From a virus: a DNA stretch of 17,519 bases. The notes beneath the pieces are model-generated. The model saw only the letters and a program-made list of their open reading frames with translations. It ran no database searches and had not been told where the DNA came from. The stretch lies in IMG/VR virus record IMGVR_UViG_3300020216_000014, positions 1 through 17,519 of that record; one strand, 5' to 3'. Position 1 is the stretch's first letter. Every line of letters begins with the position of its first letter. Below are positions 1 to 7,086 of the stretch, piece by piece. The position numbers and the translations under genes were made by a program.

Positions 1-120
1 TGGAGTGCTATCTTGTGCGTGATTCACAAACCCCCCTCCTCCAAATTTTTACTGCAAAAATCCTTGACTTATCCTGAATATTTTGTTATACTAATTATAG
101 ATCAAATGAAAGGAGGTAGA
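1..120. repeat. Left inverted terminal repeat (ITR-L), 120 bp
   Basis: Positions 1-120 are the exact reverse complement of 17400-17519, compared block by block. Identity ends at 121 vs 17399. Long perfect ITRs at both window ends indicate a complete linear protein-primed replicon. Confidence 0.97.
64..92 (+). promoter_or_regulatory. Sigma-A-type early promoter inside ITR-L
   Basis: TTGACT (64-69), a 17-nt spacer, then TATACT (87-92), with TG at 84-85 (extended -10). SD AAAGGAGGT follows at 109-117, and ATG at 126. Confidence 0.75.
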
Positions 121-125
121 ATAAA

Positions 126-419
126 ATGGAAAAATTAAATATGAATGATATCCGTGACTTTATTAATATGGCATGGGATAATCTTTTAATGTATAACCTA
201 GAACTAATATTATATAATGATGGCATGTTTGCCGTAAGACAAGTTGGTTCTCCATCATTATTCGAAGAAGATATAATATATATTTTGTCGCTTGATCCAA
301 CTTACTGGATCGATAGTGACTTTGTTAAAGTAGACAATGGAAATGTGAAGAAAGATAACAAAAAATATAGTGATTTTGTTAAAAGAATGTCAACAGCAAT
401 ATTAGATGTTATCTTATAA
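126..419 (+). CDS. Hypothetical early protein, 97 aa, no family recognised
   Basis: ORF-track ORF. Its ATG lies 8 nt after the strong SD in the ITR, and it is the first gene downstream of the ITR promoter. Confidence 0.8.
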   Translation: MEKLNMNDIRDFINMAWDNLLMYNLELILYNDGMFAVRQVGSPSLFEEDIIYILSLDPTYWIDSDFVKVDNGNVKKDNKKYSDFVKRMSTAILDVIL

Positions 420-436
420 TTTAAGTAAAAAAATAC

Positions 437-465
437 TTTACATCTTAGTAAATTAATGTTATAAT
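437..465 (+). promoter_or_regulatory. Sigma-A-type promoter (second early promoter)
   Basis: TTTACA (437-442), a 17-nt spacer, then TATAAT (460-465), with TG at 457-458 (extended -10). It lies in the only sizeable non-coding gap (420-567). Confidence 0.7.
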
Positions 466-471
466 AATTTA

Positions 472-533
472 TGTGATAAATAATAAAAAATTAGCTATGT
501 GGTTTTTCCGATATATTGTAACTATTTATCACA
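472..533 (+). promoter_or_regulatory. 5'-leader stem-loop at the predicted transcript start
   Basis: GTGATAAATA (473-482) is the perfect reverse complement of TATTTATCAC (523-532), and T472/A533 add one more pair. The loop is 40 nt and A/U-rich. The stem begins about 7 nt after the -10 box, at the probable +1. Confidence 0.35.
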
Positions 534-567
534 AAAAAACATTGAAGATAAAGGAGGTAAAGAAATC

Positions 568-792
568 ATGAAGTTTCCTTGTAAAGTAACTAAGGTTAAA
601 CGTATATATTATACGTTAGATCAAGAATTACACACGCAAATCGCTCGTTTTGAAAGACGTGTTAGCAAGGTGGAAGCAAGAGAAATACTTGAGAATTTAG
701 GCATAGAATTTGATGAAGTTTTAAATATCAAACCAGAATATGACCTAGAGTTTGATATTAAATTAGATGATCTAGAAAAATATATTAAATAA
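568..792 (+). CDS. Hypothetical early protein, 74 aa, acidic C-terminus
   Basis: In-frame ATG at 568 is preceded by AAAGGAGGT (550-558). The track's GTG start at 499 has no SD and lies inside the leader hairpin, so the shorter form is preferred. Confidence 0.75.
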   Translation: MKFPCKVTKVKRIYYTLDQELHTQIARFERRVSKVEAREILENLGIEFDEVLNIKPEYDLEFDIKLDDLEKYIK

Positions 793-806
793 GGGAGTAA
801 TTTATA

Positions 807-1331
807 ATGACTGAAGAAAATAACGTAACAGCAAATGAAGTAATGACAGGATCAAACAGTTTAGAACAGGTAGTGCAAGAAACCCCAAACTTTACAATTT
901 TACAACTGCCTAACGGGAAATACAAAAAAATGATGAAGTACGAAAAGTTTTTCTCAAAAGTACCGGAAACAGAAGAAGAACAGTTGACTTTATTCAAGGT
1001 CTTTAATGCTGATCAAGATAGTGGGCTTGTAACCTCATTATCTAATGTCGTGGGAAAAGAATTTAATATTGAACAAGTTTTCTTTAATCCTTATCAATCA
1101 TTTGATGAAGAAAACGGAACATTTTCAAATGGTGTAACTACTACCCTACTTTCAACAGATGGCGAGTTTTTTGCCACTTCTTCAAAATCAGTATATTATA
1201 CTTTGCATAATATTTTTGAAGCATTTGGTTACCCAAACACTGAAAATTATAAACCAGTAAAAGTTGAGGTTACAAGTAAAAAAATGACACGTGGGAACCA
1301 AATCAATTTAGATTTGAAGGGTAGAGAATAA
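807..1331 (+). CDS. Hypothetical early protein, 174 aa (possible replication accessory/ssDNA-binding protein; function unverified)
   Basis: ORF with SD AAGGGAG (790-796). It is the last gene before the intrinsic terminator. The SSB idea rests only on its position in the early module and its size, as in related small podoviruses. Confidence 0.6.
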   Translation: MTEENNVTANEVMTGSNSLEQVVQETPNFTILQLPNGKYKKMMKYEKFFSKVPETEEEQLTLFKVFNADQDSGLVTSLSNVVGKEFNIEQVFFNPYQSFDEENGTFSNGVTTTLLSTDGEFFATSSKSVYYTLHNIFEAFGYPNTENYKPVKVEVTSKKMTRGNQINLDLKGRE

Positions 1332-1340
1332 AAATATGAT

Positions 1341-1367
1341 GGGCGCTTGTATAAGCGTCCATTTTTT
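1341..1367 (+). terminator. Rho-independent terminator
   Basis: GGGCGCTT (1341-1348) pairs with AAGCGTCC (1353-1360) as 8 bp including one G-U pair. The loop is GTAT, and TTTTTT follows at 1362-1367. Confidence 0.75.
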
Positions 1368-1384
1368 AAAGAAAGTTGGTTTAT

Positions 1385-1876
1385 ATGGCAAGGCGTAGAA
1401 GAAGAACAAGACGAAGAGATAATGAAGAAGAAACCCGTAGAAGTAATGAACGTGCGTTAAACGGGTTTGGTCATGAATTAAATATAAGAACAACGAACCC
1501 TGATCAAGTGGAGCGTTTTATTGAAAGTTTTCAAAAATTTGATCGATCTTTTGGTCAGTATGCTGAAAATTATCATACGACTTGGACAATCTCGGATTTA
1601 AATTTAAGATCAATGATGAACGGAAAATATCACCAAATCATGAAAGATGTATTAGATCTTGAAGATGAGAAAAAGATTGTATCTGATGTGCAACAATTTG
1701 CTATTGCTGTTTCAACAATTTATGAAAAAAGTGGGAATAATATTCAACGTTTTTTTAATCGTATGCGGGATTTAGTGGAAAAGACGAAGGAATTTAGAAA
1801 TGAATTGCGTGCGGATAACAATGAAAATAATTTATGGAACGCTGTGAAATATTATGTTACACAACATCAAAGTTAG
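1385..1876 (+). CDS. Arg-rich N-terminus protein, 163 aa; candidate terminal protein (hypothesis)
   Basis: ORF-track ORF (TTG at 1376, ATG at 1385; only a weak SD-like GAAAG upstream). The N-terminus is MARRRRRTRRRD, and the rest appears helical by composition. It lies directly upstream of the packaging ATPase and DNA polymerase genes. Confidence 0.7.
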   Translation: MARRRRRTRRRDNEEETRRSNERALNGFGHELNIRTTNPDQVERFIESFQKFDRSFGQYAENYHTTWTISDLNLRSMMNGKYHQIMKDVLDLEDEKKIVSDVQQFAIAVSTIYEKSGNNIQRFFNRMRDLVEKTKEFRNELRADNNENNLWNAVKYYVTQHQS

Positions 1877-1886
1877 GGGGTAAATC

Positions 1887-3134
1887 ATGCCAAAGTTTGA
1901 TACATCTAATAAGAAAGTACCAGAAGAAAAACAACAAAAAGAGCTACAAAAATTTGTATCGACTTATCGAAAAAAATATATCCCTGATAAATATAACCAG
2001 ATCTATATGATTGATGAGCTGATGAATCCGGATATTGATCACTATATATCGATATCAAATAGAAGTGACGGCAAAAGTTTTAACTATATCGGGTTTTTTT
2101 GTCAATTTGCTTATGTTTATGGTGTAGGTTTTACTTTAATCGGTAGACATTATACGGTACGGCAAGCTTATGCAAGATTTATTGAAAAGATTTTTGATAC
2201 GTTGAATTGTTTTGACAGTAAAGATTTAACTATGAGAAGAACCGATTTTTATATCATGGTGCTTTATAAAGGAAAATGTTTAGGTGTGATCACGGATTTG
2301 AATGAGGCAACGGACTTAAAATATCATTCGAACTTTTTAAAAGATTATCCTTTAGTCATTTATGATGAATTTTTAGCTTTAGATGATGACTATGAAAGTG
2401 ACGAATGGGGCAAGCTTAAAACGATTTATTCTTCAATTAATCGTGATGAGAAGATTCCCTTTATTCAATTTCCTAAAGTGATTTATTTAGGGAATGCGGT
2501 GAACTTTTCTAGCCCAATCTTAGCTTATTTAAAAGTATATAATATCTTAGAAAACCACCCAATCAATAGTATGAAAGTGTACGGCAATATCGTTTTAGAA
2601 ATGCGTAAGAATGAAAATATTAACCAAGAAAGAAATTTACGTGCCTTTGATGAAGATCAAGATAATTTAACGCTTGGGCAATTTGAAATTAATAATCATC
2701 TTATTGCAAAAGATACAGATTATAAAGAGCTTTCGCAAGATCCTTTATTGTTTAATATTAAAGATGGCGCGCAATATATTAAGGTCAGAGCAAATCCTTA
2801 TACCCGTTTAGTCATTTTATCTATCGAAAAAGAAGCAGAATTTTCAGTGGATTATGTAACGAATTTGAAAGATAAACGGGAAGATAATATTTATTTAGAA
2901 GAAAATTTTTATAAAGATATGACAAAGAAATTTGATAAAGGACTTTTTTTATTTGAAAACAATTTTAGTAAAGATTTTATTTTACAAAATTTGTATGATT
3001 TAGATTTTAGAAAAGTGATCAAACATTATCAAATGAAAGACAATGAACCTTTTGAAGAAAAAGAAAAAATCTTCCAAGATAACTATATGGAAGATACAAA
3101 GAAAGCACTGGTTAATAGATTTTTTGGAGGCTAG
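1887..3134 (+). CDS. DNA encapsidation (packaging) ATPase, phi29 gp16-like
   Basis: Deviant Walker A NRSDGKS (codons 58-64, nt 2058-2078) and Walker B LVIYDE (nt 2352-2369). Its size and position match the encapsidation proteins of small protein-primed podoviruses. Confidence 0.8.
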   Translation: MPKFDTSNKKVPEEKQQKELQKFVSTYRKKYIPDKYNQIYMIDELMNPDIDHYISISNRSDGKSFNYIGFFCQFAYVYGVGFTLIGRHYTVRQAYARFIEKIFDTLNCFDSKDLTMRRTDFYIMVLYKGKCLGVITDLNEATDLKYHSNFLKDYPLVIYDEFLALDDDYESDEWGKLKTIYSSINRDEKIPFIQFPKVIYLGNAVNFSSPILAYLKVYNILENHPINSMKVYGNIVLEMRKNENINQERNLRAFDEDQDNLTLGQFEINNHLIAKDTDYKELSQDPLLFNIKDGAQYIKVRANPYTRLVILSIEKEAEFSVDYVTNLKDKREDNIYLEENFYKDMTKKFDKGLFLFENNFSKDFILQNLYDLDFRKVIKHYQMKDNEPFEEKEKIFQDNYMEDTKKALVNRFFGG

Positions 3135-3137
3135 TCC

Positions 3138-5441
3138 ATGCATACAAACAAATTACAGAAATTTATTAAAAAATATAAAAAAGAAAAAGAATTAAATTTG
3201 TTTGTAGATATCGAAACTTTGGGGTATAACAAAGAAGCCGGAAGAGAAAAACCCACCGAGTATAAAAATATGGTTTACAGTGTTGCCGTGTCTTTTTTTG
3301 ATGAAGATCAGTTAAAAGTGGAGGTTTTTCCCAATTTTAATTACTTTTTTGAATCGATATTTGATGGTTTAAGAAATGGAACGGGGATTATCTTTAATAA
3401 ATCACCTAAAATCAAATTGATTTATCATAACGGCAATAAGTATGATAATCACTTTATGCTATGGGATATCTTATACTACTATCCTTTTGTCAAACGTAAA
3501 AATTTATTTTTAAAAAATACAGAACATAATGATGATGTAGACGCCGAAAAAATTAAAGGTTTAAGTAAAGAAGAAAAACAAGGAATGGTTTTAGAAAGTC
3601 ACATTAAGTCAGCCAATAACTTAGAAATGACATTTTTTCTTTACGGGGTACAATTCGAAACCGTAGATAATTTTGTAAAAACAAGCGTAAGTTTAGATAC
3701 GCTAGGAAAAAAATTATATAATATTAATGTTTTAAGTGAAGATGATTTGAAAACGTCTTTTGATTATGTGAAATATGATAAAGATGAAGATATGACAAAT
3801 CAAGGTGCAAAGCAGTATTGTTTGAGTGTGTTTAATCACTTGAATGAATCAGAAATGACCTATATTATCAATGATGTTGTGATTTTAGGGTATGCCGTAA
3901 AATATTATAGTACCATTTTTTATGGATTCGATTATAACAAAATGACGTTTACCGCTAATATTTTAGATTATTACAACCAAAATCGATTGACTTCTTACCA
4001 ACTTTTGCATAAGTTTCCGCAAGGAAAAAAGACCACACACGTAAAATATACAGATTATCAATTTACGGGGTTAAATTTTTACGATTATTTAAAGCCTTTT
4101 TATCGGGGTGGGTTGAATTTTTATAATCAGTTTTTACGATCAAAGATTTTGACGAATGCGTTTAGCATGGACTTAAATTCTAGTTACCCTTATGTGATGT
4201 ATAACGAAAAAATACCCACATATCTATCCGACTATGAAGATTTTGGTGAAGAATCAGAAAAAATTGAGTGGAACAGATCGGAAGATTTTTTTTATTTGTA
4301 TCGTATGACCAAATGGGATTTTAATAACTTAGTGCTTGATAAGATCGATTCGATTGTATTAAGACAAATGATTGTTAAGTATTATACTACCAATGAATAT
4401 GTGAATATCAATGATTATACGTTACGAATTATTGAAAAAGTGACGGGAAACAAAATAAATTATATCCGTTGTTTGTCTTATGTTGGTTTTTCAACGCAAA
4501 GATTCGGTAGTCGGGAACAATTAGCGCATAACTATAAAATCAAATCAGAAGGCAAGCAAAAACAAGAAATGATTATGCATGATCCGTACACTTATGAATT
4601 TACGGAAAATGAAAATAAAAATTCGTTTAGTGCTGAAGAAATCAACAATTCGAAAGTATTATTAAATGGGTTGTATGGTATCCCTGCGCTACGCCCGTAT
4701 TATCATTTGTTTAGATTGAACCCGGATCATAGTTTTTATTCAATCCCGCAAGGGTTTAAAAATAGCGAACGTAACATTGTATTTAGTATATTTGTTACGG
4801 CAGTTGCTTTTTATAATTTGATTATGCCTTTGTCTTATCTCACACAAGATGAAATCGATCAATATTTTATTTATTGCGATACGGATAGCTTATATTTAAA
4901 AAAAGAAGTTTATGAAAAAATCCCAGCTGAAATTTTTGATCCGATCAAACTAGGGGCATGGGATATTGAACATGAAGATATCAAAAAAATGTATGTCTTA
5001 AATCATAAAAAATATGTCTACTATGCTGAAGATCAAATTCAAGTGGCTTGCGGAGGTATCCCACAAGATACCTTTGATAAGAATATGGATTTTGAAACTT
5101 TTGTTAATACCCAATTTAAACCCGGTATCGAAATCCATAATCAAAGATCCATTTTTAATAATCAAGGGACAATATCTATTTATCCAAGCACAACGTTATT
5201 AGATGAGGGAAGAAACTATTTTTCTTATTTCCCGTTAGATGAAGATGAAAAAAAGCAAGAAATTATAGAAGATATAAAGAAAACATATTACGATCAGGGA
5301 TTAGAAGAAACCTTATATTTTGAAACTGCCGTTGGTACACTATCGATAGATGATGTATTTCGAGAACCTGAACCCGTGAAAGGAAAGAATGATTTGTTTT
5401 TACTAGAAATTGTAGAAAATCATATAAAAAATGAAATATAG
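3138..5441 (+). CDS. Protein-primed family-B DNA polymerase
   Basis: Exo I is FVDIETLG (D24/E26), Exo II is HNGNKYDNHF and Exo III is YIINDVVIL. Motif A is DLNSSYPY (D345), motif B is KVLLNGLYG (K506), motif C is YCDTDS (D581/D583) and the KxY motif is HKKYVYY. Long spacers between motifs A, B and C are consistent with TPR-type insertions. Confidence 0.95.
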   Translation: MHTNKLQKFIKKYKKEKELNLFVDIETLGYNKEAGREKPTEYKNMVYSVAVSFFDEDQLKVEVFPNFNYFFESIFDGLRNGTGIIFNKSPKIKLIYHNGNKYDNHFMLWDILYYYPFVKRKNLFLKNTEHNDDVDAEKIKGLSKEEKQGMVLESHIKSANNLEMTFFLYGVQFETVDNFVKTSVSLDTLGKKLYNINVLSEDDLKTSFDYVKYDKDEDMTNQGAKQYCLSVFNHLNESEMTYIINDVVILGYAVKYYSTIFYGFDYNKMTFTANILDYYNQNRLTSYQLLHKFPQGKKTTHVKYTDYQFTGLNFYDYLKPFYRGGLNFYNQFLRSKILTNAFSMDLNSSYPYVMYNEKIPTYLSDYEDFGEESEKIEWNRSEDFFYLYRMTKWDFNNLVLDKIDSIVLRQMIVKYYTTNEYVNINDYTLRIIEKVTGNKINYIRCLSYVGFSTQRFGSREQLAHNYKIKSEGKQKQEMIMHDPYTYEFTENENKNSFSAEEINNSKVLLNGLYGIPALRPYYHLFRLNPDHSFYSIPQGFKNSERNIVFSIFVTAVAFYNLIMPLSYLTQDEIDQYFIYCDTDSLYLKKEVYEKIPAEIFDPIKLGAWDIEHEDIKKMYVLNHKKYVYYAEDQIQVACGGIPQDTFDKNMDFETFVNTQFKPGIEIHNQRSIFNNQGTISIYPSTTLLDEGRNYFSYFPLDEDEKKQEIIEDIKKTYYDQGLEETLYFETAVGTLSIDDVFREPEPVKGKNDLFLLEIVENHIKNEI

Positions 5442-5442
5442 T

Positions 5443-5472
5443 GTGAAAACAAGTCTGATTTTATGTTATAAT
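5443..5472 (+). promoter_or_regulatory. Candidate late promoter (weak -35, extended -10)
   Basis: TGTTATAAT (5464-5472) is a perfect extended -10. The best -35 is GTGAAA (5443-5448), with 4 of 6 matches and an 18-nt spacer. It lies in the gap between the polymerase gene and the structural genes. Confidence 0.5.
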
Positions 5473-5495
5473 AAGGAAAAGGAGGCAAAAGACGA

Positions 5496-5744
5496 ATGGA
5501 ATTTAAAAATAAACAAGAATTGTTTGACTTTATGCAACAGTTATCAGATAACTATGAATCGTTATCTAAAGAGTTGCAAGAACTTAAAGAATCATCTAAT
5601 CAACAGCAACAAAATCAGGACGAAAACGAACAAAACCAAGACCCGGAAAACGGAGGTACACCTGAAGACGCTACGGGTGGGGGTAGTCCTGAAGTAGAAC
5701 ATTCTGATGAAGAAATGGACGAAATTCAAGATTTTCTATCTTAG
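5496..5744 (+). CDS. Small acidic protein, 82 aa; candidate scaffolding protein
   Basis: SD AAGGAGG (5478-5484). The protein is highly acidic and Q/E-rich, with a helical-looking N-terminal half. It is close upstream of the capsid gene (separated only by the 56-aa ORF 5761..5931), in roughly the position of phi29 gp7. Confidence 0.55.
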   Translation: MEFKNKQELFDFMQQLSDNYESLSKELQELKESSNQQQQNQDENEQNQDPENGGTPEDATGGGSPEVEHSDEEMDEIQDFLS

Positions 5745-5760
5745 AAAGGAGTAAAACAAA

Positions 5761-5931
5761 ATGAATGAAGAAGAAAACAACCAAATGCGCGATATGATGA
5801 AAACATCATATGATGATGTGAAGCTGGATAAAAGCGGGGAATTGAATGCAAGCATGAGTATTCAAGAAACTTCGCAAGATCAGTACGAAAGTAAGATTTG
5901 GAATGTAGGAGGTTCAGAAGATGGCAACTAA
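5761..5931 (+). CDS. Unannotated small acidic ORF, 56 aa (MNEEENNQMRDMM...)
   Basis: Hand-translated and not in the ORF track. ATG at 5761 is preceded by AAAGGAG (5745-5751, 9-nt spacing). The stop TAA at 5929-5931 overlaps the capsid gene start by 11 nt. Confidence 0.55.
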   Translation: MNEEENNQMRDMMKTSYDDVKLDKSGELNASMSIQETSQDQYESKIWNVGGSEDGN

Positions 5932-7084
5932 AGCAGATAATGTAACAAAAGCCACTGTTAAAGCGTTGGATTTATGGAATAAGGCAAATGGTACAAGTTG
6001 GACGTTTGGCACAAATTGGACAAATGTTAATACAAAATTTGAAACGTTTGTCAATAAGTTTTTGTTTCCAAAAATCAATGAAACAAACTTGTCTAATGTT
6101 GATTTAGGCAATCGTTTTGACTGGTTGGCTAAAGAAGTGGATTTTATCGGGCAATATAGTGAAGATTATGTTGTTTTGGATACAGTACCCACAACCTTAG
6201 ATTTATCAAAACCTGAAGAACTGATGTTAAAACGGAACTATCCTAAAATTGCAACCAAACTTTATGGTGCGGGTGTCGTACGTAAACAAAAATTTACCTT
6301 AAATAATAACGATACAAGATTGAACTTTTCAACACTTGGCGACGGGATCGCTTATGCTGTTGGTGTGTATAAGAAAAAGATTTCGGATATTAATGTATTC
6401 GAAGAAAAAGAGATTCGGGCTATGCTTGTTGATTATGCCTTAAATGTAACACAAGATACCCGTGAAGTTAATGGACAAGATGATCTTGTTAACAAGATTT
6501 ACGAGGCGATTTTGAATATCCAAAATAACTCCGATAAATATAACGAAACAAACTTAGCTTCAGGTGGGGCAATCGGACGTTATACGACCCAAACCAAGCT
6601 AAAAGATGTGGCGATTCTAACAACAGATACGGTTAAAACGTATCTATTAAATACGGTTGTGGGGAATACGTTCCAAATTGCTGGTTTAGACCCAACAAGT
6701 CGAATTATATCATTTGATGATTTAGGCGGGGTTTATCGTGTAAATGATGATGTGACGTTAAACAGTGATCAAACGATTGAATATTTCCGTACTTTTGGGG
6801 ATTATCAAGTACAAAAAGGGGACGTTGTGCCTGCTGAATCCGTGTTAACTTTTGATGTTTCCGGATTGACTGAGTTTGAAGAAAAAGTAACGGAAATTAA
6901 GCCACAAGATGAGTTATTTTCCTTTATTTTTGATGTGAATAAATTGAAATATCGTCGAAACACGAAAGGCATGTTGAAACAACCATTTTACAATGGCGAA
7001 TTTGATGAGGTTACGCACTGGTTGCATTATTACAGCTTCAAGGCAATCAGTCCATTCTTTAATGGCGTACGTATAGGAGGTTAA
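5921..7084 (+). CDS. Major capsid protein (by position and size)
   Basis: 387-aa ORF with SD TAGGAGGT (5905-5912). It sits between the scaffold-like ORFs and the connector gene. No motif-level identification was possible by eye. Confidence 0.7.
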   Translation: MATKADNVTKATVKALDLWNKANGTSWTFGTNWTNVNTKFETFVNKFLFPKINETNLSNVDLGNRFDWLAKEVDFIGQYSEDYVVLDTVPTTLDLSKPEELMLKRNYPKIATKLYGAGVVRKQKFTLNNNDTRLNFSTLGDGIAYAVGVYKKKISDINVFEEKEIRAMLVDYALNVTQDTREVNGQDDLVNKIYEAILNIQNNSDKYNETNLASGGAIGRYTTQTKLKDVAILTTDTVKTYLLNTVVGNTFQIAGLDPTSRIISFDDLGGVYRVNDDVTLNSDQTIEYFRTFGDYQVQKGDVVPAESVLTFDVSGLTEFEEKVTEIKPQDELFSFIFDVNKLKYRRNTKGMLKQPFYNGEFDEVTHWLHYYSFKAISPFFNGVRIGG

Positions 7085-7086
7085 CC

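Noticed and set aside
499-567. The ORF track proposes upstream starts: GTG 499 for the 568..792 gene and ATG 7964 for the lower-collar gene.
   Set aside because: Neither has an SD, whereas the internal ATGs at 568 and 8036 each follow a near-perfect AGGAGGT at proper spacing.
497-571. A 24-codon upstream ORF (MWFFRYIVTIYHKKTLKIKEVKKS) ends in an ATGA overlap with the 568 start codon.
   Set aside because: No SD precedes ATG 497, and the ORF lies within the leader hairpin loop and stem. The ATGA overlap is probably coincidental, though a regulatory leader peptide cannot be excluded.
1314-1340. A possible promoter (TTGAAG ... TATGAT) might drive the replication module.
   Set aside because: The spacer is only 15 nt, and the predicted start would fall inside the terminator hairpin, so this is not convincing.
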